From: a virus
Lineage: Duplodnaviria > Caudoviricetes
Length of the DNA: 60,852 nt
Direction: 5' to 3' (one strand)
IMG/VR virus record: IMGVR_UViG_3300009155_000069
Coordinates: 1 to 60,852 of that record
The position numbers and the translations under genes were made by a program. Under the pieces are notes generated by a model. It was not told where the DNA came from and made no database searches. It saw only the letters and a program-made list of their open reading frames with translations. This document shows, one piece after another, positions 28,602 to 38,643 of this stretch. How positions within the stretch are numbered: position 1 is the first letter of the stretch; every line of letters starts with the position of its first letter.

Positions 28602-28916
28602 TCAACCTACTTTCCAATTTGTACCATCGGAATAGACGGGCACTTTGACAGCACCTCCTCCGACGACTGTGGCTCCAAACGTGGGGCCAGTTGCATTAGT
28701 TACAAATGATTTTGCCCCTATCCCTGCATCTGCCGCACTTGGCAAGTCTGCTACGAGGTACACAGGTGGCGCTTGCAATTGATTGACTGCGGCATTTAAT
28801 TTTGTGAAGTACAGCCGCAAGACGTTGTTTAACTGATCTTGATATGCACGGTCGTAATCTTCTCGCGCCAACGGAAGTGCTGGTGGCGCTACTTGGTTGA
28901 GTAAATTAACGCTCAT
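28602..28916 (-). CDS. Hypothetical structural protein
   Basis: APPALPLA..NVLRLYF N-terminus; YSDGTNW C-terminus. Confidence 0.7.
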   Translation of the reverse strand: MSVNLLNQVAPPALPLAREDYDRAYQDQLNNVLRLYFTKLNAAVNQLQAPPVYLVADLPSAADAGIGAKSFVTNATGPTFGATVVGGGAVKVPVYSDGTNWKVG

Positions 28917-31033
28917 GAGTTACCTCTGCGACCATCGGCACGAATGTCAAGGCGAGGAGAGCCAAGTTGCCATGCAACACCCAACGCATCTGACGATACC
29001 TTGTAGGCCAACTGACGACCGCGTACACGTACAAACACCTGTCCAGTAAATTCCTCAACAGGAACTTGAGCAGTGCGTGTAATGCCAGCGTAGGCAGAGC
29101 CACCCACAGAGAGTGGATCGTTATAGCCAGAACCCGAGTTCTGCAACGGATACAACGTCATGGTGATTGCAGGGCTTGTGGCGGTCGAGTTGCGGAACGT
29201 CACGTCAGGCAACACGCGATAGATAAACATGAACTTGTCACCATCGTCAATGTCAAATTCAGCAGACGTGATTGATGCTTCAATCGGCGCAGTCGTACCT
29301 GATGAGTTATCGTCATAACCAACTTCATGGGTCACAATATTGTTGAGATAAGTTGCACCAATTGGGTTGTCCAGCACCCCTGTATCTAACCATGCAGTGC
29401 GTGCCAAGTTGCCGTAGTACCAAATGTCTTCGGCATAGTTGTAGATCACATAGCGGTCAACTTGATTGGAGTTCAACGAGCAGTAGAACCACCAGACTTC
29501 ATTGAAGCCTTCATTTGTGCCAGCACACACTTGATCAAACTGCGCATTGTTGATGTCCGAAAAAATGTATTGGCGTAAGTCACAACGCATGGACTGGGTG
29601 CGACCGTCGTACTTGTAAAATTTGTCTACACCCATCCAGTAAGAGATACCGTTGGCGTACGCCACAGCGTTCTCGCCAGCGATTGAGATGTTGTCACCAA
29701 CGATGTCAGCCTTCCAAACCACAGGCGCACCCACATACTGCATCGAATACAACGATGAGTCTGTCCACACCAAAAGTTCTTGGCGAGACTGAATGGCAGT
29801 CACAATCTGTGATCCATGCGAGAGTTGCAAGAACCCCGCTTGGTTTGTGGCGCTCGGCGTCCAATCCGTTACAGACTCTTGGTCAGCCCAGCGAACCAGC
29901 ATGGGGTTAAATGTTGAGGAACCGTACTCAGTGCAACCCAACGCAAACACAAATCGGTTGATGTCCGAGACGATGATGTAGTTCTGTTGAGTCGGAACGT
30001 CAGAGGCATACGCAAGGTTTGCTGCGTTGATACCGCGAACTGACAAGTAGTGTGTGGGTGTTTGCGTACCCGACGTGTTGATAGCTGCGCCCCCAGCAGT
30101 CGCCGAGAGGTTACACGTAGTACCGGAGGCGTTGATTACATAATATGTTGTGCCGGGAACCAGACCAGTCGGCAATGCGCCTGTGGTCAAAAGTTGAACA
30201 GCGGTGTTATTGGGTAACGTAACCGTAAATGTCACTACCGCAGGGCTTGCAATCGTAACTGTAAAAGTAGTTGCTCGATAGCCTGTTGAAGCATCCCAAT
30301 AATAAATACCGCCCCCACGAGGGCCAAAAATTAGGTCTTCACCAAAGTTGTATTGACTCCATAGACGCACGGGGTCAGTGCCCGTTGTACCAATACCCCA
30401 AGTACCAGAACCCCAACTACCAGCGCCCCAACCTGTTAGTGGAACAGCGTACTCAGGGCCAGTATCAATCTCATAGAAAGCGTACACACCTGTACCGCCA
30501 CCCGTACCAGAAGATGCGGCTGTACCGGGAACAAGGATTGTATAACTACCTACCGTGGCAGTCATGATTAAAAAACTGCCAGTAAGCACAACACCACGAA
30601 CAGTTGGCGCGTTGTAGAAGTCAACGTAATTACCTACGCTGTACCCAGTCGTTGCATCAGTAACCGTAACGGTTGTGTACGCTACACCACCAATTGTTTG
30701 GTTGGTTGAAGTGGCAGTTGTAAAAGGGTTAGACCCTAGCGCGTGTACGCTTGCATAGGGGGTGGAATCAAAATACGCGCCGCCACTTGAAACGTAGAAC
30801 TTGAGGTTGGTGCCAACACCGAGGAGCTTTTCAGAACCCAAAGTCACCCATGCCCATAAGGAGCGGCAGGTGCCCAAAAACGTGTTGGTAGATACTCGCA
30901 CCCAGCCGCCAATCTTTTCGGGTGTGCCTTGGCGAAACCGCACTTTGTCCGATTCGTACCAGCCGTTCTCGTTGGTGTATCGGGTGTTTTCGCGGTTAAC
31001 GCCAGACTTCAGGGTTATCTTTTTTAATGGCAT
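28913..31033 (-). CDS. Tail nozzle / DNA stabilisation protein (P22 gp10 or T7 gp12 analogue)
   Basis: 706 aa, beta-rich; VRFRQGTPEKIGGW, VRWADQE, RVRGRQ; synteny. Confidence 0.75.
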   Translation of the reverse strand: MPLKKITLKSGVNRENTRYTNENGWYESDKVRFRQGTPEKIGGWVRVSTNTFLGTCRSLWAWVTLGSEKLLGVGTNLKFYVSSGGAYFDSTPYASVHALGSNPFTTATSTNQTIGGVAYTTVTVTDATTGYSVGNYVDFYNAPTVRGVVLTGSFLIMTATVGSYTILVPGTAASSGTGGGTGVYAFYEIDTGPEYAVPLTGWGAGSWGSGTWGIGTTGTDPVRLWSQYNFGEDLIFGPRGGGIYYWDASTGYRATTFTVTIASPAVVTFTVTLPNNTAVQLLTTGALPTGLVPGTTYYVINASGTTCNLSATAGGAAINTSGTQTPTHYLSVRGINAANLAYASDVPTQQNYIIVSDINRFVFALGCTEYGSSTFNPMLVRWADQESVTDWTPSATNQAGFLQLSHGSQIVTAIQSRQELLVWTDSSLYSMQYVGAPVVWKADIVGDNISIAGENAVAYANGISYWMGVDKFYKYDGRTQSMRCDLRQYIFSDINNAQFDQVCAGTNEGFNEVWWFYCSLNSNQVDRYVIYNYAEDIWYYGNLARTAWLDTGVLDNPIGATYLNNIVTHEVGYDDNSSGTTAPIEASITSAEFDIDDGDKFMFIYRVLPDVTFRNSTATSPAITMTLYPLQNSGSGYNDPLSVGGSAYAGITRTAQVPVEEFTGQVFVRVRGRQLAYKVSSDALGVAWQLGSPRLDIRADGRRGNS

Positions 31034-31034
31034 A

Positions 31035-31400
31035 TCAGGTCACCCTTACCCACTCCGGTTTGCCTTGGCCTCGGCTGAAGTGTGGACAGTCCACGAGCTT
31101 CTTGCCGTTCCCGCCCCACGAGTTTAGGGGGTTGAGCGTTTCCCAATAGGCACCCAGAGGGGCAAGTGTGGCTTTGTCGCCAACGAGTTTGCCGTTCTTA
31201 AAGATGTTGAAGTCCACTGCCAAGCGTACCAAGTGCAACGAGTTCATCGTCTGGCTACGCCCAGTCTTCATGTAGATTTCTTGCTGTTCGGGAGTACGGT
31301 ACAACTCTCCTGCGGTGAGGGTAAAGCCTTGCTCGGTTGCAAACTGAATCAGCTTGCACATATCAAGGAGAAAAGCAGCTTGTTCGGTAACAAGGCTCAT
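31035..31400 (-). CDS. Endolysin, M15-family peptidase
   Basis: GELYRTPEQQ, SLH..LAVD, WGG..DCPHF. Confidence 0.85.
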   Translation of the reverse strand: MSLVTEQAAFLLDMCKLIQFATEQGFTLTAGELYRTPEQQEIYMKTGRSQTMNSLHLVRLAVDFNIFKNGKLVGDKATLAPLGAYWETLNPLNSWGGNGKKLVDCPHFSRGQGKPEWVRVT

Positions 31401-31903
31401 TTGTTCCCCCTTTTCATTTCAGCGAGTTTCTCAATGGTGCGACCACCAAAGTATGCGCCCATGATCAGCATGCCCCATTGACCTAGCAACGATACGTAGG
31501 ACTCGTTGGCATTGTAGCCAAAGGCTGACATCATGGAGAACAAGAAATACCCCACAAAGATTGCAATCAAACTCATGGGGCGAATGTTTTTAGATAGCCA
31601 AGAGTCAGACGACATGTCTGATTTCCAGCGGTCTGAGACGTTGTTGTCTTCATTCTGCGCGGCAGCGGCAAAGGCTTGGAGTTCGTCGATACCTAGCTTC
31701 TTCTCCTCTATGCGCAAGCGCAGAAGTTCTTCTTCGTGATCCAACTCATACTGTTTGAGTTTCACGGTGTCTTCAGCCGATAGCGGCTGGTCAATCTTGA
31801 TGCCTGTCTTTTCCTCAACCCAATCTTTGCCTTTTGCCAAGACAGCATTTGAGATGAGGGAAAGACCCTGCGAAAGTAGCGGTGCAAGGAGTGCGGGAAT
31901 CAT
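31397..31903 (-). CDS. Holin (3TM, GTA-holin-like)
   Basis: DSWLSKNIRP, two TM helices, YFGGRTIEK; adjacent to the endolysin. Confidence 0.8.
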   Translation of the reverse strand: MIPALLAPLLSQGLSLISNAVLAKGKDWVEEKTGIKIDQPLSAEDTVKLKQYELDHEEELLRLRIEEKKLGIDELQAFAAAAQNEDNNVSDRWKSDMSSDSWLSKNIRPMSLIAIFVGYFLFSMMSAFGYNANESYVSLLGQWGMLIMGAYFGGRTIEKLAEMKRGNK

Positions 31904-32214
31904 TTTTTACTCCCAATTTTCTCGTTTATAACCGCGATGTCTTGGCGGTTGTGCATGATGTCATCACGGTTCTTTTGGATTTCTTTTTCCAAGTCTTGAC
32001 GCAACTTCTCACGCGCAAGTTCAGCGCCCGTGTTGGTAGCCTGTTTGTTGTCGGAGGTCACCACAAGACTGATCTTGTTGTTCAGAATGGTGACCTCGTG
32101 ACTCAGGGAGTTAAGCGCCGACATGAGGTAAGTTACGCACGCAAACATGATTGGGAGAATTGCAAACGCAATCTTCTCAATGAACTCGTGTTTAGCTTTG
32201 GACTCATCCGACAT
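31900..32214 (-). CDS. Membrane-anchored coiled-coil protein (lysis module)
   Basis: N-terminal TM helix followed by a coiled coil. Confidence 0.65.
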   Translation of the reverse strand: MSDESKAKHEFIEKIAFAILPIMFACVTYLMSALNSLSHEVTILNNKISLVVTSDNKQATNTGAELAREKLRQDLEKEIQKNRDDIMHNRQDIAVINEKIGSKK

Positions 32215-32227
32215 GTCGGCTCCTTAA

Positions 32228-32398
32228 TTACTCCGCAGTAGCGGCAGGTTGTGCGGCCTCGGGCATAGGCATCTGGGGGATGGCTTGCTCTTGGATCGCT
32301 TGGATCAACTGAAAGGTTTCCTGATAAGGCTTGGTGCCAAGGAATTGAATCACGGCGTTTACCAAGTTCAGGGACAGTGCAATTTTTTGATCGTTCAT
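32228..32398 (-). CDS. Small protein (56 aa), not in the ORF track
   Basis: MNDQKIALSLNLVNAVIQFLGTKPYQETFQLIQAIQEQA..; GGAG RBS. Confidence 0.75.
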   Translation of the reverse strand: MNDQKIALSLNLVNAVIQFLGTKPYQETFQLIQAIQEQAIPQMPMPEAAQPAATAE

Positions 32399-32450
32399 TT
32401 TTCATTCTCCGATGCCACTGAAATGGGGCAGTGGCGTAACCCCAAAAACA

Positions 32451-32792
32451 TTATGCCGCAGGAGTGGCCCAAGGCAAAGGTGGTTGGATGACTGGCGGGT
32501 TGATTTGATTGTCAATTGTCTGCTGCACACTTGCTTCTACTCCAGTTTTGTCAACACCGTTTGCCCAGCACCAGCCCAAGACTTGCGCTTGAGTTAAGTC
32601 GGCGTAAGGGACGAACGTGCCTTCAGGGGCAGGGAACGTAGCTGTGCCGAAGGATGTTGCTGTGTAGTCTATGGTATTGGCTGTCTCAGCGCCATTACAG
32701 CGCCAGCCTGCGGTGATAACAGTCTCAGGAGGAGTTGCGGTCGTAGGAGTGGTTCGCATCCATTCGATGACCCAAGTGATAGTTGCTGACAT
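32451..32792 (-). CDS. Tail-fibre-associated protein
   Basis: FVPYADLTQAQVLGW..PPLPW motif; downstream of the fibre gene. Confidence 0.7.
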   Translation of the reverse strand: MSATITWVIEWMRTTPTTATPPETVITAGWRCNGAETANTIDYTATSFGTATFPAPEGTFVPYADLTQAQVLGWCWANGVDKTGVEASVQQTIDNQINPPVIQPPLPWATPAA

Positions 32793-32802
32793 ACTTTTTC
32801 CT

Positions 32803-33105
32803 TTAAGGCTTGGGATATTTGGCTTTTACGGCATTAATAGCGGCCTTCCAAGCGTCATAACCGCCGTGGTACAGCAAATCAAACTGGTCTGCAAACGGCG
32901 GGTACTCTGCTTTGCGTAAGTCGCCATAGGTTGGCGCATACACAGTCGGCGGCTTGTCAATCGAATCTAAATGGTATTGGACAACTTCGTCCAATTGATT
33001 TTCAGTTGCGACAGCAACAGCAAATGTAATTTCTTTGCCATCTTTTTCCGTGGTGATTTGAAAATGGTTTTGCTGACCATCAATTTTTACTTTTGTGTAT
33101 TCCAT
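32803..33105 (-). CDS. Tail fibre assembly-like protein
   Basis: R..EYP..DQFDLLYH..W...I..VKAKYPK. Confidence 0.7.
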   Translation of the reverse strand: MEYTKVKIDGQQNHFQITTEKDGKEITFAVAVATENQLDEVVQYHLDSIDKPPTVYAPTYGDLRKAEYPPFADQFDLLYHGGYDAWKAAINAVKAKYPKP

Positions 33106-33114
33106 GTTTATTCC

Positions 33115-35103
33115 TTATGCGTTGGGACGATATCTGATTGCTGTAAAAGAAAATGTGAAAGTGCTACCAGTGTTGTTTGTCCAGCGATAACCATCAACTG
33201 ACGGTTGATAAGCAAAAGTTCCATAAGTACTGCCTATGGAAGACACCAAAGTAACTGCGCCGCCCCCAGATATCCACATACCAACACTGCCAATGGAATA
33301 GTTGTTGACAATAAGCATTCCAGAGAATGAAGAAAAATCTACGGTTGCACCGTTTGCAACAGCTGTACTACGAGTGTTTGATATTTGTCCTACGCCAAAA
33401 GCAGTTGTGAATGCCAGTTGACCATCTCGGTTAAGAGACATTCCATAGTCCCAAGATATAGGGCCATCAGTCGAGCCACTGGGGGCGGTTTCCCAAGTAA
33501 ATACGCCATTTACTTGATACATCCTTGATGCAAAACCACCCTCAATGTATCTATCTGTCGCTCCATCAAACCAAGAGTTTGCGGTTAACACAAATAAATT
33601 GTCCGAAGTTCTTTCCCATAACGCACCTGAACTGCCAATTTGCAGTGCTTTTGACCCGCTGTCCCATGTAGCTTTGGGAACAACTGCAACTCCCAAGTTG
33701 CCACGACCATCAACAATAAATCTGTCTGCGCCAGCGGTAACCAAAAATGCGTAATCAGAAGCAACGCCGCCAGTGTGATAAATCCTAGCGCCTTTTCCTG
33801 TTGCGCCGTAAGAAGTTAAGTTCAACATGTAATCTGTTGAAGCAGTCTTAATCATTGCAACGCCAAATTCAGCACCTGATGTGGGAACTGCAATATCGCT
33901 AATGCTAAACAAATCTGCCGCACCAGATGAGCCTTTGACGGCTAGTCTGCTTTCAGGGCCTGAAGTGCCAATACCTACACTGCCAAGCACAGCAAGCCCA
34001 TTGTTGCCAACGCTTGTCAGTGATGTGTAGCCTATACCTACTGCGCCTACACCGCCTGTGGCTCCTGCAATTGTCATTGAGGTGCTACCAGCAATACTCC
34101 AAACATGGCCAACACCATAATCTTGTTTGTATGTTAGTGGTTGCAATGCGCCCCGTTGCGTGACCATCTCAAGACTAAATCCATCGGCAGAACCGCCAAC
34201 ATAATTTACAGTTGCTGAACTGGTAGTCGCAAAATTTACTTTTGAGCCAACGGTGGAAAAACTTAAATCTCCCGTAGCACTCAGCGTTCCAGTGACTGCA
34301 AGGCCAGTGGAGGAGAAAGTTGCAATGTCTGCACTGGCAGCATAACTATAAATATACAAATTATCATTTGCGACATTTCGCTGACCAAAAATCCATTTAT
34401 CCGCAGATGCCGTTTGAAACTTTAATATGCCGTTTGTACTTGTAGTGGTTCGGTTAATCAGTACGGTGTCATTGGTAGTGCTACTGTTTAGGGTCAATGT
34501 TCCAGCAAGGGTGGCCCCACCCGCCAAAAACAAATTGCGTGGGCGAGTGGCTCCAGAGGCTCCAATGTCGTACGTATTGTCGGTAAAGATCAGGTTGCTG
34601 GTAATTGTGCCGTTCACCGTCACGGTGTCAGCAGAGGCGTCGCCAAGGATGGTATTACCTGTTACGGTCAAGTTGGTAAACGTACCAGCACCGCTGGTAT
34701 TGCTGACCTTAATAAAGTCAGTCCCATTCCATGCGCAAACGGCTGATTCGCCCTTAACAATCGTTACGCCCGTGGTTGGGCCTACCCCACGAAGCACAAT
34801 GGATTGGGGGCCGCCAGAGGCGTTAATCACCGTGTAAATCTTGGACTGCGCGGGAGCCGTGATGTTACGGGTCGTGGTACCCGAGGCTGGGTTCCACAAA
34901 ATGATTGCTTGTCGGGCTTGGTTGGACGCACCTGTGGTGGTCGTCAACGTGATGTCCGCATCGGTCGTAATGCTGGTTGTACCTGCAACGGCGGTGTCCA
35001 GCAATGAGGTGATGGCGTTGTTTACCGTGTCACCCCAAGTACCAGACAGTTCACCCGTGACTGGTAGGGCCAGACCAAGGAGAGAGGTATATGCTGTCGT
35101 CAT
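33115..35103 (-). CDS. Tail fibre / receptor-binding protein
   Basis: GELSGTWGDTVN N-terminus; Gly/Thr beta repeats; GSVGIGT motif. Confidence 0.85.
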   Translation of the reverse strand: MTTAYTSLLGLALPVTGELSGTWGDTVNNAITSLLDTAVAGTTSITTDADITLTTTTGASNQARQAIILWNPASGTTTRNITAPAQSKIYTVINASGGPQSIVLRGVGPTTGVTIVKGESAVCAWNGTDFIKVSNTSGAGTFTNLTVTGNTILGDASADTVTVNGTITSNLIFTDNTYDIGASGATRPRNLFLAGGATLAGTLTLNSSTTNDTVLINRTTTSTNGILKFQTASADKWIFGQRNVANDNLYIYSYAASADIATFSSTGLAVTGTLSATGDLSFSTVGSKVNFATTSSATVNYVGGSADGFSLEMVTQRGALQPLTYKQDYGVGHVWSIAGSTSMTIAGATGGVGAVGIGYTSLTSVGNNGLAVLGSVGIGTSGPESRLAVKGSSGAADLFSISDIAVPTSGAEFGVAMIKTASTDYMLNLTSYGATGKGARIYHTGGVASDYAFLVTAGADRFIVDGRGNLGVAVVPKATWDSGSKALQIGSSGALWERTSDNLFVLTANSWFDGATDRYIEGGFASRMYQVNGVFTWETAPSGSTDGPISWDYGMSLNRDGQLAFTTAFGVGQISNTRSTAVANGATVDFSSFSGMLIVNNYSIGSVGMWISGGGAVTLVSSIGSTYGTFAYQPSVDGYRWTNNTGSTFTFSFTAIRYRPNA

Positions 35104-35115
35104 GTGTTTTCCTTA

Positions 35116-35874
35116 TTAGGCTGTCTGGACTGGAGTCCAACTTTGGGTTTGCGCATCATTGATATTTTGCCAGTTTGCGGTTTGGTTGTCATCAATTGGT
35201 TCCCAAAGGAACCGGGCGGTAAGCGTGTCTGCAATCGTGGCATTTTCTGTTAGGGATGCGTAGAAGATAGCACCAAAAACTGCGGCTACCTCAGACGCCG
35301 TAGCGCCCTCAGAAACTGAAGTTTTAAGCGTGTGTTTAACAGACATCACGTCTGCGCCTGTGGCGCTCTCGCTCACACTTACAGGCATGACATGCTGGGT
35401 AGCCATCGTTTCGGAAGCAGTTGCAGTCTCGCTGACACTTCCAAAAAACGCAAAGCTAGAAGCAAGGACTTCCGAGGCTATCGCTGTTTCAGATACCGCA
35501 GAAGCAAAAACTTGCTGTGCGGCAGTTGACTCAGACCCCGTAGCAGTTTCAGATACCGCCGTAGCAAACACTTGTTGTGCTGAGTTGGCATCAGACATCG
35601 TAGCCGTCTCACTCATGGACACGTTCAGTGTGCTTGCCCCCACCGATAAGGCATCTCCTATTGCGGCGGCTTCTTCAACACCTACAAAGTAGTTGTGGAA
35701 CGGCGCTACGGCGTCTACGGCTTGAGCAGTCTCATTAACTGCGCCACTCAATGTGCTTCCAGCGACTGCTTCTGTATCTGAGGTCGTAGCTGTGTCCGAG
35801 GTGTCGCGGTAATAAACCGACATACCCCATCCAGCTTCACCCCAAGTGCCAGAACCCCAGCCGCCTTCAGCCAT
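35116..35874 (-). CDS. Structural protein with SETATxS repeats
   Basis: GWGSGTWG N-terminus and about 22-aa repeats. Confidence 0.7.
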   Translation of the reverse strand: MAEGGWGSGTWGEAGWGMSVYYRDTSDTATTSDTEAVAGSTLSGAVNETAQAVDAVAPFHNYFVGVEEAAAIGDALSVGASTLNVSMSETATMSDANSAQQVFATAVSETATGSESTAAQQVFASAVSETAIASEVLASSFAFFGSVSETATASETMATQHVMPVSVSESATGADVMSVKHTLKTSVSEGATASEVAAVFGAIFYASLTENATIADTLTARFLWEPIDDNQTANWQNINDAQTQSWTPVQTA

Positions 35875-35875
35875 A

Positions 35876-36055
35876 TCAGGCTCCGGTCAACTGATCTTCG
35901 TCAAACCAGCGTTGCTGTGCTGTACCATCAGCGTCTTGCCATTCGACAAGATATTGAACCATGCCATCTTCAGTCATGCGCAAAGCAATAACTGGGCCTT
36001 CAGGCACTGCAACGGCGAGCTTTACAACATCGCCTTTTTTGAAAGTAGTAGCCAT
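35876..36055 (-). CDS. Small SH3-like protein (59 aa), not in the ORF track
   Basis: MATTFKKGDVVKL..QRWFDEDQL; AAGGA RBS. Confidence 0.75.
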   Translation of the reverse strand: MATTFKKGDVVKLAVAVPEGPVIALRMTEDGMVQYLVEWQDADGTAQQRWFDEDQLTGA

Positions 36056-36066
36056 GATTGTTTCCT

Positions 36067-36648
36067 TTAAGTAGCGGTAAGGCTGAATGTGTAAGTCACG
36101 TTCAAAGTATCGCCAGAAGCGACCACACGGTCACCGGGGGAGGCAAAGTCAGAAGCAGAAAACAGGATACCTGTTGTACCACTCTTGGTGCTGTTGCTGG
36201 TCAAGAACGCGCCGCCAACAGTGGCAGTGGCGTTGATGGTGAACGCAGCAGGAGAGGCTGAGTTGGTCTGCACTGAGGGGTTAGCAGTGGTTGCTGTACC
36301 AAACGTGGCAGCGGGGCGTGTAGCGTTGCTGTAAGGGACGATTTCAGTCCAGCCAGCGTGTGAAGACATGGTGTCTGACGCAGCGGGATTATTACTGGCG
36401 GCTGCGCCATACAGACCAATGTACCAAGCGGCGGTGTAAGCACTGCCCTTGAAATACTGCGCGTTCATGTCTTGCAGACCCACGTTCACCACGAGGTTGG
36501 GCAGTGCTTCAGACCACTTGAGGTTGCCCTCAGAGTCACGGCACTCGATTGTAAATACACCGCCAGCTTTGGCGTGACCATCGGCACTTGCGGCGCGGGT
36601 CAGCATTGCGCCAATAGTGTCTTGAGAGGATGCTTTGTCGTTCAACAT
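36067..36648 (-). CDS. Tail structural protein
   Basis: NLVVNVG..WYIGL..GDTLNVTY; AAGGAG RBS at MLNDK. Confidence 0.7.
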   Translation of the reverse strand: MLNDKASSQDTIGAMLTRAASADGHAKAGGVFTIECRDSEGNLKWSEALPNLVVNVGLQDMNAQYFKGSAYTAAWYIGLYGAAASNNPAASDTMSSHAGWTEIVPYSNATRPAATFGTATTANPSVQTNSASPAAFTINATATVGGAFLTSNSTKSGTTGILFSASDFASPGDRVVASGDTLNVTYTFSLTAT

Positions 36649-36658
36649 GGTTGACTCC

Positions 36659-37078
36659 TTAATTAAAGCGCAAGAGCGCAGATGTGGAAGTGTTCTCAGG
36701 CATTTGCACTGTGAACGAGGTTTGGCAAGTTTTATCTGCCCCAAAGTCCAACACAGCAACAGACTTGTTGCCCTTGCTTGCGTTGTAAATCAAAGCACCT
36801 CGGCACGTGAACGCCGCAGGATTCCAGACGGAATTATTGAAGTCCACGTACACGATACCGTTGGTAGACGTGCTGATCGTCACGCCTGTGAGGACGTTTC
36901 CACCTGCGGTGTAACCCGTACCAACAACTTCATACGAAGTGGTGTAGATCGTGGTGCTAGGGCCAAGCGTAGCTAGACCCGTGTACAGCGCCAGCTTGAG
37001 TGTGTCCGTAGACAAGTCTTGCTGTGCTTGCAGAATCTGCTGCTTGAAGCTGGTGGTGAGCGTTTGTTGAATGGACAT
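36659..37078 (-). CDS. Structural protein
   Basis: TSFKQ..LKLALYT..GYTAGG..GALIYN..AVLDFG. Confidence 0.7.
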   Translation of the reverse strand: MSIQQTLTTSFKQQILQAQQDLSTDTLKLALYTGLATLGPSTTIYTTSYEVVGTGYTAGGNVLTGVTISTSTNGIVYVDFNNSVWNPAAFTCRGALIYNASKGNKSVAVLDFGADKTCQTSFTVQMPENTSTSALLRFN

Positions 37079-37728
37079 CAGACCACCTGTACACGGACTT
37101 GACCGTCACGATACATATCTTGACGTTGTTTGCCATCGCCCAACTGTTTCAACTGAATCATCGCACGGTCGTACATGTTCTGATACAGCGCAACCATGTC
37201 GGCTTCACCCTTCATGTAACGAATCGCCTCAATCAACGTGCCATTAAGAAGGGCAGAATCGAAGTTATCACCCAACCAAGTCGTACCAGCGGTAACGATG
37301 GACTCAGGATAATAGTAATAGTGCATCTCAACTGTGTACTGCGCATCAGGCGTGGGGCCAAGAATAAACGTGAGTTCATTGGGCAGCGCAGAGTTGGGGC
37401 CAAAGATGGCGTAGTGTTCGGGGAACCCTGTATCAGTTGCCTTGGGGTATGCCTCACGAATGAAGTTCACGTCTTTGTTCAAAAGAAAATGATATTCACC
37501 ATCGGCGTGCACCGCTGCAATGGAGTACACCGACAAGAAATCGTTGGGGGTAGACAGGTATTTGTTGTTGGCAGTCGTCAAACCCGTCACGTTTTTGCGC
37601 AAATTTGCAATCTGAACAGTGTTGTAAATCTTCTGTTCTGCTTGCTTGATGAACATGTCCATGTCCACCGTGGGAAACGTGTTCTCACAGATGTCTGCCA
37701 CAAACGTAACGAGTTCGGTATACGTCAT
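37078..37728 (-). CDS. Head-tail adaptor
   Basis: MTYTEL..FIKQAE..GPTPD..Y..LLNG.L.EA pattern. Confidence 0.7.
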   Translation of the reverse strand: MTYTELVTFVADICENTFPTVDMDMFIKQAEQKIYNTVQIANLRKNVTGLTTANNKYLSTPNDFLSVYSIAAVHADGEYHFLLNKDVNFIREAYPKATDTGFPEHYAIFGPNSALPNELTFILGPTPDAQYTVEMHYYYYPESIVTAGTTWLGDNFDSALLNGTLIEAIRYMKGEADMVALYQNMYDRAMIQLKQLGDGKQRQDMYRDGQVRVQVV

Positions 37729-37735
37729 ATCAACC

Positions 37736-38002
37736 TCACGCCATTGGGCCTCGGGCCATCAAACCTTTGGTAGCTGCGCCTGTACCGCGAATCTTGATGC
37801 CACTGGTCTTGGTTGGTTTTTCACCAGCAGACTTGCTGATGTTGCCAACGCCCATGTCCACGGTGTCAAGTTTGCTACGGTTAGGGCCAGAGCCGGGATT
37901 AGATGAGGCTTTTACAACCTTGCCAGTCATTGTGTGTGGTACGGCATAAACGCTGGCGTCACCAACTTCTTTGCCACCCATCTTTTTGCTGAATGTAGCC
38001 AT
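37736..38002 (-). CDS. Small basic G/K-rich protein
   Basis: IRGTGAATKG..RGPMA C-terminus. Confidence 0.7.
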   Translation of the reverse strand: MATFSKKMGGKEVGDASVYAVPHTMTGKVVKASSNPGSGPNRSKLDTVDMGVGNISKSAGEKPTKTSGIKIRGTGAATKGLMARGPMA

Positions 38003-38004
38003 GA

Positions 38005-38205
38005 TTAGCCTCCAGACTGATTTTTGGCGCGAGAAAGATTGCGACCAAATTTTTTGCGATCCATAGACGTAGGGCCACCCTTTTTCAACTTCAAAGAAGT
38101 GCCTTTACCGCCCTTGTGTTCTTGCGCATCATGCTGCTTGAACGCTTTTTTGATCATGGCTTTATCTTGAGCCAAATCACTTTTCATACCTTCTTTAGCC
38201 ATCAT
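38005..38205 (-). CDS. Small basic K/M-rich protein
   Basis: AAGGAG RBS; LKKGG motif. Confidence 0.7.
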   Translation of the reverse strand: MMAKEGMKSDLAQDKAMIKKAFKQHDAQEHKGGKGTSLKLKKGGPTSMDRKKFGRNLSRAKNQSGG

Positions 38206-38212
38206 AGACTCC

Positions 38213-38641
38213 TTATGTCGTGACAATCGTTACTGTACCAACTTGTGACACTGATACCAAGTAGTTTGGTGTCAGACCATCATCATTTAACCGCGAACCA
38301 CCAACAGGGTTCCAGCCCCATTGGAATACACGGCTACCTTCGCCCGGTACCCCATCACCATCTTTGTTGGTGCCAGAATCGGGAAGCAATTGCAATCCGG
38401 TATACCCCGACTGCGTATAACTTAAATCAGGACGCGGTTCCCGCAATGCTTGCGGATCATCCACTGGGTACATACCCAACTGCAATTGCGGCTGATCAGG
38501 TTCCCAGCACTCGCGGCACACCTTGATCGTGACCTGCTTGGTCTTAATAATCAGCTTGGTCAGGTCTTTGAGCTTAAAACGAAAGCCACAGCGATCACAC
38601 TCGGCAATCGCTTTCTTACCTGATGCAAACCTATTTGCCAT
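38213..38641 (-). CDS. CxxC..CxxC zinc-binding phage protein
   Basis: ECDRCGF..VCRECWEPDQPQ..DPQALREPRPD. Confidence 0.75.
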   Translation of the reverse strand: MANRFASGKKAIAECDRCGFRFKLKDLTKLIIKTKQVTIKVCRECWEPDQPQLQLGMYPVDDPQALREPRPDLSYTQSGYTGLQLLPDSGTNKDGDGVPGEGSRVFQWGWNPVGGSRLNDDGLTPNYLVSVSQVGTVTIVTT

Positions 38642-38643
38642 GA

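Noticed and set aside
32133-32453. Pseudoknot-stimulated stop-codon readthrough
   Set aside because: The readthrough frame enters the shadow ORF 32133..32405, not the RBS-supported 56-aa gene.
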